Assembly (NCBI RefSeq): GCF_009914755.1
Contig: NC_060939.1
Length of the DNA stretch: 64,000 nucleotides
Origin: the human T2T-CHM13v2.0 reference genome, Homo sapiens
Reading direction: 5' to 3' (one strand)
How positions within the stretch are numbered: the first letter of the stretch is position 1; every line of letters begins with the position of its first letter. The notes under the pieces were generated by a model. The model was not told where the DNA came from. It made no database searches and saw nothing but the letters and a program-made list of their open reading frames with translations. Made by a program: the position numbers and the translations under genes. Below are positions 29,468 to 49,811 of this stretch, piece after piece.

Positions 29468-29773
29468 AGCCTGGGTGCAGTGGCTAATCCCTGTAAACCC
29501 AGCACTTTGGGAGTCCAAGGCAGGAGGATCACTTCAGGCCAGGAGTTCAAGACCAGGCTGGCCAATACAGTGAGATCCCATCCCTACAAAAAAGTTAAAA
29601 ATTATCCAGGTACGGTGGCATGCACCTATAGTACTAGCTACTTAGGAGGCTTAGGTGGGAGGATCACTTGAGCCCAAGAGTTTGAGGCTACAGTGAGCTA
29701 TAATCACAACACTACACTCCAGCCTGGATGCCAGAGCAAGACTCTGTCTTAAATAAATAAATAAATAAATAAA
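29468..29773 (+). mobile_element. AluJ
   Basis: ggaggatcacttgagcccaagagtttgaggctacagtgagc; flanking gtatcata on both sides. Confidence 0.9.
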
Positions 29774-29831
29774 GTATCATAGACCTAGACATACAGGCTA
29801 AAACCTTAAAGCTTTTGGAAGAAAATATAGG

Positions 29832-30194
29832 TGATATGGTTTGGCTGTGTCCCCAGCCAAATCTCATGTTAAACTGTAGCTCCCATAATTTCCATATGTC
29901 ATGGGAGGGACCCAGTGAGAGGTAATTGAATCGTAGGGGTGGGTCTTTCCCATGCTCTTCACATGATAGTAAATAAGTCTCACAAGATCTGATAGTTTTA
30001 TAAAAAGAAGTTCCCCTGCACATGCACTCTGGCCTGCCACCATGTAAGACATGACTTTGCTCCTGATTTGCGTTCCGCCGTGATTGTGAGGCCTTCCCAG
30101 CCATGTGGAACTGTGAATCAATTAAACCTCTTTCCTTTATAAATTGCCCAGTCTCAGGTATGTCTTTATTAGCATGTGAGAATGGACCAATACA
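29832..30194 (+). mobile_element. THE1B-like solo LTR (MaLR)
   Basis: tgatatggtttggctgtgtcccc...ccaataca; 5-bp TSD atagg at 29827-29831 and 30195-30199. Confidence 0.93.
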
Positions 30195-30363
30195 ATAGGA
30201 AAATATCTTCATAATTTCTTAGGCCATAAAAAGCACTAACCCCAAAAGATAAAATTGATCAATTGGACTTCATTAAAATTAAACATTTTTGCTCCTCTAA
30301 AGAAAGATACATTAGAAAAATAAAAAGATAGACTAAAAAACATTCATAATACATATCTGTGAC

Positions 30364-32752
30364 TGTATTAGTCTGTTCTCATGCTGCTGTAAATTACTGC
30401 CCAAGACTGGGTAATTTATAAAGGAAAGAGGTTTAATTGACTCACAGTTCCTGAGGGCTGGGGAGGCCTCAGGAAACTTACACTCATGGCAGAAGGGGAA
30501 GCAAACATGTCCTTCTTCACATGGCTGCAGGAAGAACTATGAGCAAAGCGGGGAGAAACCCCTTATAAAACCCCTTTAAAAAGTCAGATCCTGTGAGAAC
30601 TCACCATCATGAGAACAGCATGAGGGTAACTGCCTCCATGATTCAATTACCTCCTACCCGGTCCCTCCCAAGACATGTGGGCAGTATGGGAACTACAATT
30701 CAAGATGAGATTTGGGCGGGGACATAGCCAAACCATACCATTCTGCCCCTGGCCCCCTCCCAAATCTCAAGTCTTCACAGCTCAAAACACAATCATGCCC
30801 TTCCAACAGTCCCCCAAAGTCTTAAGGCATTCCAGCATTAACTCAAAAGTCCAAGTCCAAAGTCTCATCTGAGACAAGGCAAGTCCCTTTCACCTATGAT
30901 CCTGCAAAATAAAAAACAAGTTAGTTACTTCCTAGTAACTAACGGGTATAGGCATTGGGTAAATACACCTGTTCCAAATGGGATAAATAGGCCAAAACAA
31001 AGGGGCTACAGGACCCATGCAAGTCCAAAATCCAACAGGACAGTCATTAAACCTCAAAGTTCCAAAATGATCTCATTTGATTCCATGTCTCACATCCAAA
31101 TCACACTGATGCAAGAGGTGGGCTCCCACAGCCTTGGGCAGCTCCATCCCTGTGGCTTTTCAGGTATAGCACCCCTCCTGGCTACTTTCACAGTTGGCAT
31201 TGAGTGTCTGCAGCTTTTCCAGGTGCATGGTGCAAGCTGTCAGTGGATTCTGGAGTCTGGAGAATGGTGGTCCTCTTCTCACAGTTCCACTAAGCAGTGC
31301 CTCAGTGGGGACTCTGTGTGGGGGCTCCAGCTCCATGTTTCCCTTCTGCCCTGCCCTAGCAGAGGTTCTCCATGAGAGCCCCATCCCTGCAGCATACTTC
31401 TGCCTGGACAGCCAGGGGTTTCCATACATCCTCTGAAATCTAGGTGGAGGCTCCCAAACCTCAACTCTTGACTTCTGTGCACCCCAGGCCCAACACCATG
31501 TGTAAGCCACCAAGGGTTGGGGCTTGCACCCTCTGAAGCAACACCCTGAGCTGTACCTTGGCACCCTTTAGCCACAGCTGGAGCTGAAGCAGCTGGAACT
31601 CAGGGCATCATGGCCTGAGGCTGCATAGAGCCGGTTGGGGGCCCTGGGCCTAGCCCATGAAACCATTTCTCCCTCCTGGGCCTCTGGGCCTGTGATGGGC
31701 CTGTGATGGGAGGGGCTGCCATGAAGGTCTCTGACATGCCCTGGGGACATTTTCCCCATTGTCTTGGTGATTAACATTCGGCTCCTTATTGCTTATACAA
31801 ATTTCTGAAGGTGGCTTGAATTTCTCCCCATAGAATGGATTTTTCTTTTCTATTGTATTGTCAGGCTGCAAAGTTTCCAAACTTTTATGCTCTGCTTCCT
31901 CTTGAGCGCTTTGCCACTTAGAAATTTCTTCCACTAGATACACTAAATCATCTCTCTCAAGTTCAAAGTTCCACAGATCTCTAGGGCAGGGGTAAAATGC
32001 CACCAGTCTCTTTGCTAAAGCATAGCAAGAATCACCTTTATTTCAGTGCCCAAAAAGTTTCTCATCTCCAAGACCACCTCAGCCTGGACTTCATTGTCCA
32101 TATCACTATCAGCATTTTGGTCAAAGCCATTCAGCAAGTCTCTAGGAAGTTCCAAACTTTCCCACATTTTCCTGTCATCTTCTGAGCCCTCCAAACTGTT
32201 CCAACCCCTGCCTGTTACCGAGTTCCAAAATTGCTTCCACATTTTTTGGTATTGTAAGTTGGCTGTTGTCTCTAGAGGTAATCTCCTGGTGGAAGAGGTT
32301 TCTGCTCTGGAGCTTCTAAGCACATCATTAGATAGCTTGCCCTGTAGGGGTGTGCAGAAGCACCCCACTCTCTGCAGTACCAATTTAATGTATTAGTCTA
32401 TTCTCACACTGCTATAAAGAACTGCCAGAGACTGGATAATTTATAAAGGAAAGAGGTTTAGTTGACTCACATTTCCACAGGACTGGCAAAGCCTCAGGAA
32501 ACTCACAATCATGGTGGAAGGGGAAGCAAACATGTCCTTCAAATGGTGGCAGGAAGGAGAAGTATGAGTGAAGGTCGGGGAAATCCCCTTATAAAACCAT
32601 CAGATCTTGTGTGAACTCACTGTCATAAGAAAAGCATGAGGGTAAGCACCCCCATGATTCAATTACCTCCCACTGGGTCCCATGACATGTACGGATTATG
32701 GGAACTACAATTCAAGATGAGATTTGTGTGGGGACACAGACAAACCATATCA
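30364..32752 (-). mobile_element. Complete THE1(C-like) MaLR element: LTR 30364-30740, internal region, LTR 32389-32752
   Basis: Two direct LTR copies (tgtattagtc...aaaccata[c/t]ca), THE1-int between them, 5-bp TSD gtgac at 30359-30363 and 32753-32757. Confidence 0.93.
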
Positions 32753-33204
32753 GTGACAATAGACTTCTGTACCAAATTTATACAGAATTCTCATAATAAG
32801 CAATTTAAAATGGTCAAAAGATTTGGAGAGACACGCCACAAAAGAAGATATAAATGTTCACTAAGCACATGAAAAAGTGTGCAACATCATTAATCAGCAT
32901 CAGAAAAATGCAAATTAAAATCATAAGTTAACCCTCACACCTACCAAAATGGCAAAAATGGAAAAGATTTACCATACCAAGTATTGGATAGGAAATGGAG
33001 TAACTGAAATTTTCATACACTGCTGGCAATGTAAAATGACACAATGTAAATGGATATGAAAAGGAGGATAGGAAAACCGATGCAAAATACTCAAGGCATT
33101 ATTGGCAGGTTTTAAGGTGATTTGGTATTACAGAAAATGCAAATATCACTCTGGGCTATGAGAGAACATAGTAAGAAATTAGTAGGATTAGGATGCTAAG
33201 CGAT

Positions 33205-33812
33205 TGTAACCCAGTATCCCCATTTTTCTAAGAGAAAGAGAATTAATGTTTTAAAAATTATTATTTTTCTTCTTTTCTCTTTCCTCCTTTTCCCCACTTC
33301 CTACTTAACTCTTTATAAATGCAGTTATGACCCTTTACCTTCCCTTCTTCAAACACTCCCTACAGGGCAAGCTATCTAACGATGTGCTTAGAAGCTCCAG
33401 AGTAGAAACCTCTTCCACCAGAAGATTGCCTCTAGAGACAAGAGTTAACTTACAACCCATGGTATGCCCGCTATGAAACTCTCTCCCACCTGGAGAATAT
33501 CTGAAGACAAGGGTCACTTTTATAACCTAGTTCTGACTGCAAAGGCGCCAGTTCAACCACCCAGTGGCACCAAAGCAAGTCATGGGCCCCCCACCTGCTT
33601 GCCGTTTCCTCTGTATGCCATTCATGCCAAGTCCCTCCTTTAAAAGCCCCTGCTTTGTGCCTTAGAAGCAAGGTGTTTCCCTTAAATCTGGAAGCCTGTA
33701 TTTCTCCCCCTAACCTAGCTTTGGAATAAAAGTTACTTTCTTTATACTAGATCTTACTCTTGTTAATTGGACTCTGCAAATGCTGAGCAACTGAACCTGT
33801 GTTTCCATTACA
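33205..33812 (+). mobile_element. Solo ERV LTR (ERV1-like; family not determined)
   Basis: TG...CA termini, TATA-like tttaaaa at ~33639, aataaa at ~33725, 4-bp imperfect TSD cgat/ggat. Confidence 0.8.
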
Positions 33813-34624
33813 GGATGACTCAAACTAGAGGGAAGACAGGCAGATCTGGGCTAGATGTGGGACTGAGAGAAACCTATGCCCTGTATGTATTAACGAGGGT
33901 GAAAGTTAAGTTGCTGTAAAAAAAAGATTCAATAATATTCCTACTAAAAGATACAGAACTTCATTTTTCTCTCCTGATACAGGCAATCCAGATATGAGAG
34001 CTAAACTGCTTCATGTAGTCATTCAGGCTCTCAGGTTCCTTTCTTCTTACTATTCTCTAAGTTGTTATCATCATCTGCATGGTCAAAGTTGGGTTGCTGT
34101 CATATCAACATTTCAGCTAGGGAGAAGAGGAGCAAGTTTATGTACATTCAATGAATTATGCATCATATCTGGAAACAGAATCATCATTTCTACTCACAGT
34201 TCATTGGCAAGAACTTAGTTACATCACTACACCTAAATGCAAGTGAGTCTGAGAAATCTAGTCTTACTGGGAAAACAGGTAACCAGCTCAAACTCTATTT
34301 CTTTAGAAGAAAGGAATAACAGATTTTGGGGGGCCCCTTGCAGTATCTGCCACACTTTAGATAAAATTCAGAAAGAGAAAGCCAGACTGTCTCTACTGAC
34401 TGAATAATGGAGGCTGTTGGCAGTCCTAGAATTTTCACTTTTGTAAATTTTACTTCTGTCTTTCTGTAGGTGACTCCACTAGGCTAAATTTGGAGAAATA
34501 AATTGGAAACACAAATATGTATTTATCTGTGAACTGAGAGAAGATAGGGCTAGCCTGTAGTTCAGAATAAGAAACAGATACATAGCTCATGCCTAGCTAC
34601 ATGCCTATAGTTTAGAACAAAGAA

Positions 34625-34685
34625 TAGATGATAGATGATAGATAGATGATAGATAGATAGATAGATAGATGATAGATAGATAGAT

Positions 34686-34735
<50 letters not shown>
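34625..34735. repeat. Interrupted (GATA)n STR
   Basis: Read directly. Confidence 0.95.
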
Positions 34736-35360
34736 CAGAGCAGCCCCAAGGGAAATGCAAGGGCAATGGCAAAGATAGAGAGATAGACAGATTTGGGTTG
34801 ATAAAATTTTAGAAACTCCAGGAAACCAAAGGCAACCAAACATGATTAGATGAGACCAGAGCCCTCTTGAGAGGTCAAATGATGACATTATTCACGTTGT
34901 AAAGCCACAAGCTCTGCCACCAGGATTGCCTGCAACAGGAGAAAGCAGAATTTATAGAAATGGTTAAGACTCCGACTAAAAGAAAAAATATCCTGGTACG
35001 AGTTATTCTGTCACCAGGACAATTGCAGAACAATTGGAACTCTGAAAACAGGCAGGCCTGTAACCTTTAGTAGCGATACTCTCCAGAGTCAGGGCAGTCA
35101 ACTTTTGCTCCAAGACCTGGTCAATAATCTGGGTCTACAGCTGTAGATATTGGTCTAGGGCTTCATCTAGCATGAGTAGATGCTGAACCGTCCACAAGAT
35201 ACCCAGGGAAAAGGTCACAGGCAGCATCTTTAGCCTGGTTCCTGGCACTGGGTTGGCACCCATTGACTTCCAACAAACTATCAGAAAGAAAACTGCACTG
35301 TGTGCTCCTGCCTTAAGTCTCTCACAGTTTTACATCCAAAAGTTTGTTGTACAACTTTAA

Positions 35361-35775
<415 letters not shown>

Positions 35776-35789
35776 TAAATTAAAATAGC

Positions 35790-37000
35790 TTTATTTTTCT
35801 AATTATAAAAGTAATACAGGCATATTGTAGAAAAATTCAGAATGCATGTAAAATCATAAGAAGAAAGTGAAAATCACTTTTAATCCCACAACCTCAAAAT
35901 AATTACTATTATCAACATTTTCATTATATTCTTCCAGTTTTGTCCTTGCATAATTATATTTTATGTATTTATATATATATTCATTCATACAAATGAGACT
36001 TCCATATCATAATTTTATCTTTCTATATTAATAACTGTAGACCTAAGTCTTATGGTTTATTGGCTACATGGTATTTTATTGTATGTCTATATCATAACTT
36101 ATCCAACTAACCTCCTACTGTTACACATTTCCAGTTTTCTTACATTATAGACAAACCAGTAACAATCATCTATACATATAACTTCAATTATTTCCTTATG
36201 ATACATTTCTAGAAATAGAAAAAAAATGGGTCAAAATGACAAACATATTGAACTTAGATATATTTAAATGTGTATATTAATTAACCTCTTCCATATTATG
36301 CTTGAACTTCCTGATGGTTACGTCAGTTTGTATTTCTTATATCAATGTGTGGATATTCATTTGCTTCTAGTCTTATTAATTCTGGGTAAAAATAATTATT
36401 GAAATTTGTCCATCTGACAGGTAAAAGGATATACCCCTATTGTTTAATTTGCATTTCTTTGCTTACTAGTGACATTGATCTTTTCATATAGTTATTGGCA
36501 ATTTTTAGTTCTTACTATATTCGTTGCCTAATTTTCTATTAGCATTTACCTCTGATTAATGAGTTATGTATTACTATCTTTGATCCCTTATCTATTATGT
36601 GAATTTAAAATATATTCTCCAGTTTGCCAATTGCCTTTGTGTGTGTGTGTGTGTGTGCATACGTGTGTGTGTTGTTTGACTGTTATACCAATATTTTAAA
36701 AATGCATATAATCAAATTGATCATTCATTTCCTTCCTATTTTCTAGCATTATTCTCAACTCTAATATTATAAAATCACTGAGCTTTCTACTTCACTTTTT
36801 TTCTTTTTGCACACTAATCCTTAACTCATTTGGAATTTATTTTATAGAAATGAAGGAAGTTGATATGTAACATTTCTCACTAAATATCTAGCCAATAATT
36901 TACACTTTTTTTCACTGAATTAAAATGTTACCTTTAACACATACTGATTTTTAAAATATATTTAGATATAATTACTTACTCTTTCTGTTTCATTACGTAT
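35790..37000 (-). mobile_element. Very old L1ME-type fragments
   Basis: T-rich; ttgtttaatttgcatttctttgcttactagtgac-type L1 3' motifs; boundaries approximate. Confidence 0.55.
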
Positions 37001-37019
37001 TTTTTCCTCCCATTCCCTT

Positions 37020-43340
<6,321 letters not shown>

Positions 43341-44529
43341 CAGTTATCACAGCAACTATTCCTCTGATCTTCTGATCTCTCAAACTCTACAAACTGCTTT
43401 CATCTGCCTGGCTGTTTCTCTTTTTTTCTGGTCTCCTAGATCCTTTCTTCTTTAGGTGATTTCATACATTTTTTAAGTAAGAAATTAATCTGATTCACTC
43501 TAATCCCAAGAGAAGAATCATGGCTGACTGAACAACTAAAGAATCACTCTATCTTTAAAGGCAGAAGGAAAAAGCAATATTGCAGACCTGTATTAGTTAC
43601 TCTCTCTATTTCAATACTTGTTACACTATTTATTTCCAGAGTGCTCTCCCTACCTTCCTGGTAGAGTCGAAGAAGGACACTCACAGTGCACAGCTCTCTT
43701 CTGTCATCATGAGAGCCACTGCTGCCAGAGCAATGACCAGGGCTGTATCTCATCAATCCTCCCTGAGTTGCAGTTCTAGGGATGATCATCTTCCCCAGTT
43801 TCCAGCATTCATATGGAATTTTTTTATCTTATCTATTTGATAATTTCAGTGCGGAATGGCTGGTTTGAGTAAAATGTTAATGCTCAAATCATCCTCTGGG
43901 ATCAGAAGTCTCCACGTGACCTGAAATTTCATGTCAGTATCAGTTTTTTAAAATTTCTTTTCCATTTTCCTTATTTAGGCTTTGCACAACACTGGATAGT
44001 TTGTTCTCAATTTTCCTGGCCCCATATATGAATTTGGGGATACTTTTTTCATAAAGTCTTTTGATTTCTTTCTTAGTCTTTAAAGACAACAATAAAAATA
44101 CACTGCTCTGGAACACATTTGATGAAATAGCATTTACCAATTTCATGGGAAATGCCGAGTAAGTCCCACTCTTGCTTTGATGGTTAACCAGAGACCCAGG
44201 CTCAGATTAAATATCAAATTTGCCTTGGAGGAATCAGGGACTTCTGGATGTATCTTTAAAATTGAAGTTCACAATGGAAGAGCAAAAGAACAGAGCTGGG
44301 AAAACTTCCTTCAAGCCAGAGCCACTGAGCCATATGAGCAAATGGTGAAAACCCAGGCTGAAATCAAAAGTGGCTCACAATGATTGCATCTTGATTTTGG
44401 TTTCTGAGAAAGAGAAATAAATGTTGATATTGTCACTGTTTAGGGGGAATTATACACATATTACTTGCACATTATGTAACATTTAGAAATTCCTTTCCTG
44501 GTAGACATATGACTAGATGACAGATGAAG

Positions 44530-45100
44530 GTAGCTAGCTATTTTTATCTACACCATGAACTTCCATGGTTTCATGCATCAACCATATGTGTTGATGAGTC
44601 ATCAATATACATCTCCAGCCCAGGCATCTTCCTGGTTCTAGATCTAAAGGCATTTCCAATTCAAAATGCCCCAAGTGAAGCCATCATCTCTGTGTGCCCC
44701 CTCCTACCTAACAGATGCCTCCTCCTAGGTACCCTATATCAGTGAATGACACCGAGCTGCCCATTTCACATGTCAGAAATCAAGAAGTCAGCCTTAACTT
44801 GTCCTAGTGCCCTACTCTTTAAATCATTCACCACATCTTATCAATTCTACCTTTCTAGCAACTCTCAAATCCATCTATTTTCTTGTATTCCCACTGTCAC
44901 TCATGCCAGGTTAGGCTATCATGAGCTCTTGCTTATATTACTAGAAACACAGCCAGAGTAATCATTCTGAAGGGCCAGTCTTATTATGTCATTGCTCTGC
45001 CAAATATTATCCTAAGCAACCCTTTGCTCTTAAAGCTTGAAACCCGATAGCATGGTATATGTGGCCTTCAATACTTGGCCCCTGCCTACCTCTGTCTACT
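44530..45100. mobile_element. L2 fragment
   Basis: aatatacatctccagcccag...cttatcaattctaccttt...L2-type motifs. Confidence 0.6.
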
Positions 45101-45105
45101 TACCT

Positions 45106-45406
45106 TTTTTTTTTTTTTTTTTTTTTTTGAGACAGAGTCTCGCTCTGTCGCCCAGCCTGGGGTGTAGTGGTGTGATCTTGGCTCTGCCTCCCCAGCTCAA
45201 GTGATTCTCATGTCTCAGCCTCCCAAGTAGCTGGGACTATAGGTGCATACTGCCACGCCTGGCCAATTTTTGTATTTTTGTATTTTTGTAGAGACGGGGT
45301 TTCACCATGTTGCCCAGGCTGGTCTCGAACTCCTGGACTCAAGTGATCTGCCTGCCTTGGCCTTCCAAAGTGCTGGGATTACAGGCATGAGCCATCGTGT
45401 CTGGCC
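45106..45406 (-). mobile_element. Alu (J/S) with small internal deletion
   Basis: TSD tgtctacttacct at 45093-45105 and 45407-45419. Confidence 0.92.
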
Positions 45407-46059
45407 TGTCTACTTACCTCTTGCCAATTCCATTTTCACTTTGTGATTCAAATGCATTAGTATAGACTAGGTTTATGCTGCAGTAACAAATAAAATTTCA
45501 GATGCTTAACAGATAAAGTTAATGTCTTATGCATGTGAAAGCTGGCATAGGTTCGCTGACTGCCCATGGTAGCTGTCCTTCATGGGGTGGTTCAGGGAGC
45601 CAGGATCCTTTCATCTTGTGGCTCTGCATGCCAACACACACCCTCTGTGTTAACTGCCCAAGGGGAAGAGAGAGCCCGGAGAATGCACAGTGAGCTTTTC
45701 ACTGCGTCAACCAGAAAGTGATACGGATCACTTCCATTTTTATTTTATTGGCTAGAATGACTCAATGGCTCTGCCTAACTGCAAGAAGACTGGGAATTGT
45801 AACCTTCCTAAAGCATTTGGTGAACACTTTGCTTTGCCTCTGCCACACTAAACACAACGGTATGAATACCAGGAGGTGACAGTCATTGGGGCCCTGCTAG
45901 AATCTGTTTACCACAGATACCCTACAATATTCCCTCAATTCCTTATTAGGCTGAAGGTGTGTGCACAGAAACCCATATATGGGAACAATATGAAAGTGAG
46001 CAGATAGGATTTGTTCTAGAACAAATTCATTCTTTCCTAGACATACCCCACCTCCCAGC

Positions 46060-46371
<312 letters not shown>

Positions 46372-47894
46372 CATTTATATTATTTTAAAACATGTATTTG
46401 GGATTGTAGATTGTTTTGACTGGAGAAAAATCACAGGAGGAGAATACAATTTATAATGATAAAATCCTGTGCTTGTACTTAAACTTTAGTTCTCAATTGA
46501 AATATTTTCCTAAGAAATGTCTAATACCCTCACAACTGAATTAGTTGCTGTTTTACCCAGTGCATTTATAGCTTCCTGCCCTTAAACCTCTGAGAACATT
46601 TATCACACTGTATCTCATCCGCTTCTGCAGGGCAGGTGCTATCTCTTGTCATGTCATTGTATTCCCAAGACTTTGCACATGTCTGACACAAGGTAGATTG
46701 TCAATAAATATATACGGCATTATACTGTGTTGAATTGAATTGTTCTTTAGGTCTAAAGCTGACCAGATGCAAATGGTGGGGTCTGAAGAAAATTGGTTCT
46801 TCACTCATCCATAGAACATTTTTGCCCGAGTCTGGGAAAAGAAGGGATAGAAATTTTTAATTGGCTATCAAAACCCTCCCAAAGTTAATGTGTTTTGCAA
46901 AACTTAATACAGAGAAATGTTTTTATTGAACTTATATTTGAAAAAATACTTTTCAAGTATTCCTTTGTGGTGCTTCCAACCCAAATATTGCCAAGCGGAG
47001 AGCGTAAGGAACACATAGGAAAGCAGACTAAACAGGCGAGTCTCATTTTGCGGTGTACAGGGAATGACATGCAAGGCGGCACCAGAGAAAATGCTTTCGT
47101 GTGCGACTCTTCTTGACGATTTGTCAGAAAACCGATATCACATTTTTAAACAATAACGGATGCTGTCTTTAGAGGAATAAGATTTCTTACTTTACACTCT
47201 GCTCTTTTGCTCAAATTAATTCTGGAATAAAATCCTGGTGATCTAGAGTTGTCAGAGATGATGCTCTAGATGTGAGTTTTTTGGTAAACCAAGGTGAATA
47301 TTTACAGGAATATGTATAGCTTGGCTTTTGTTTTCCTTTTCTTCAATTTAAGTCTTTTGCATGTGAATATTTTTCTAAAACGTAACACGTACTTTCACAC
47401 ATTCATAAACAGAATCTAATGGACAAATGGGTTCATAACCTGGTTTCGTGAGCATGAACACAGTACTGTGCCTTCTTCTCAGGCTCCTCTGAGGTGAACT
47501 AAGCTGCACCAAACAATGGTGATTTTTGACTTTTTGGGTGCCTTTTATGTTTTTCTGTAGCACCTTTATCCTGTCAGTATGCCTCTTAGCAGGCATTCTG
47601 TCCCTTTCTAATTTATAGCTTCTGATTTACTCTTGAAAATCAGATGAACAAACTTGTTAAAACTGTGTGCAAAGTAAGAATCAGTAGTCTTCAGTGAGAC
47701 CTAAGTGTCTGCTAATATACAATATGCTCAAATCTGTGATGTTGGTTGGATGCTGAGAGGTGTTTTCTATTACTAATCTGGTTGTAGTGAAACTAGGAGA
47801 GGCCCCCAGGGTTGAGTTCTAGGTTTGCAAGGTATTGCTGTAATACACAAGCAAAGTATAAAGACAACCTCACAAATTACACCAGAAGGAACTG

Positions 47895-48193
47895 TTTTTT
47901 TTTTTTTTTTTGGGATGGAGTCTCTCTCTCGCCCAGGCTGGAGTGCAGTGGCACGATCTTGGCTCACTGCAATCTCCACTTCCCGGGTTCAAGCGATTCA
48001 TTCTCCTGCCTCAGCCTCCTGAGTAGCTGGGTTTACAGGCACGTGCCACCACACCCGGCTAATTTTTGTATTTTTAGTAGAGATGGGGTTTTACCATGTT
48101 GGTCGGGCTGGTCTCGAACTCCTGACCTCGTGATCTGCCCACCTCGGCCTCCCAAAGTGCTGGAATTATAGGTGTGAGCCACCACGCCTGGCC
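47895..48193 (-). mobile_element. AluS (Sg-like)
   Basis: ctcgaactcctgacctcgtgatctg. Confidence 0.92.
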
Positions 48194-49515
48194 GAAACTT
48201 TCTAATTTTTACAGTTTCACAATATAAAGGAGAAAGTCGATGCTCAGAGAGGCAAAATGGCCTGCCTAGAAGCCCTCAATCTGTGGCCACGCCCACACTG
48301 GAACTGGATTTCCCGACTATAGTTCCAGTACTCTCTACACTTGCCTTGCACCTCTAAGGGGAAGATAAGGTTCTTGTGAAGGGCAGAGTGAGATGAGTCC
48401 CAAGGCACTAGCCAACCTATTCTCCCCAGAGTATTTGTGCTCTGCTCATGTTCCACAGTGGAATCTACCTAGAGATGGGCAGGTGTACACACGCATGCTT
48501 ATCAGCACCTTCCTAGCCCTGAAGGCCAGAGGGGAATTGTCCTCGGATTTGGGGTCTGGAGAGTTTGCTGGTCCTGGGAAGGCTCAACAATTCCCAACGC
48601 TATCCTTCACAGAACTTTAGGGGACTCTAGCTCCCCCTGCCCCACCCTAAAGACTGGGGACTTTCTAGAAAGAGATCGTCCAACACCACCTTCGCCCTCC
48701 TGACAGAGATTCTGATAGGCTCAGACCTCCAGTGCTGCAGCAGTACTAATTCCTAAGCTCCTGACTTGAAATCGCAGACCTGGCACCTCTAAGACTCATG
48801 AAGACCTGGGGATCTAAGTGCAGGCTGAGGGGAAAACCCAAAAGTGAGGCTCTGCCAAAGCACACAGAGCCCCTCACTCAGCAGAAACACTTCCTGTCAC
48901 TACACTTCCCTCCCAAGGGCTGTTCTTGCTTATGAGCAACTGGATAAAGACTTGAACAAATTTTATAAAGCAAATTTCTATTCAAAAGAAGGACCCACTC
49001 TGGTCAGAAAACCATCAGTGCTAGCTGAGCATATTTCCTGTGTGGGACTAGGGATACGTCCTGAAAACCAGGCATGGTAGATGCCGTTGGAGAGGATGCC
49101 CTGTCCGATTTCTTTACCAGCAGGCACACCTATCCCCAGCATATATTTGGTGCAGCAGCTAAAGGCTTACAGCTGATACATTCCTGGAGCATTGTCCTTG
49201 GCCACAGGGAGCCACCTTGGAGGTTATACCACCATATACCACCACCCAGCTCCAGTGGAGGCAGTGACTTACTGGCACCCGGGTCAGCAGTTGGTCCTGG
49301 TGCTTCAAGTCACGGCAAATCTATGGTGTGGTTTCTGTTCCAGGATCCCCGAGGATCACATGAAGGTTAGGCTTGACCTCAGTCACAGCTTGCTCTAGTC
49401 TTGCGCCTTACCTATCCTGCTTCCCTCACTCCTTCATAGGTTTTTCCTGAAGAACACTCGCTAGCTAATTTTGTGCCCCTAAGGCACTATGTTCACCTAA
49501 CATCCAGATGTGTTC

Positions 49516-49811
49516 TTTTTTTTTTTTTTGAGATAGAGTCTCGTTCTGTTGCCCAGGCTGCAGTGCAGTGGTGTGATCTCAGCTCACTGCAACCTCTGCC
49601 TCCCAGTTCAAGTGATTCTCCTGCTTCAGCCACCCGTGTAGCTGGGACTACATGTGCACGCCACCATGCCTGGCTAATTTTTGTATTTTTTAGCAAAGAT
49701 GGGGTTTCACCATGTTGGCCAGGCTGGGTTCGAACTCCTGACTTCAAATGATCTGCCCGCCTCGGCCTCCCAAAGTGTTGGGATTACAGACATGAGCCAC
49801 CGCACCTGGCC
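49516..49811 (-). mobile_element. AluS
   Basis: TSD ccagatgtgtt at 49504-49514 and 49812-49822. Confidence 0.94.

Larger units (their letters stand above)
28713..33060 (+). mobile_element. Old L1M ORF2 fragment, interrupted by AluJ, a THE1B LTR and a THE1 element
   Basis: atatgtagaaaatcccaagaatct...actaatagaacttataagc...aaaatgcaaattaaaatc; colinear across the inserts. Confidence 0.8.
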
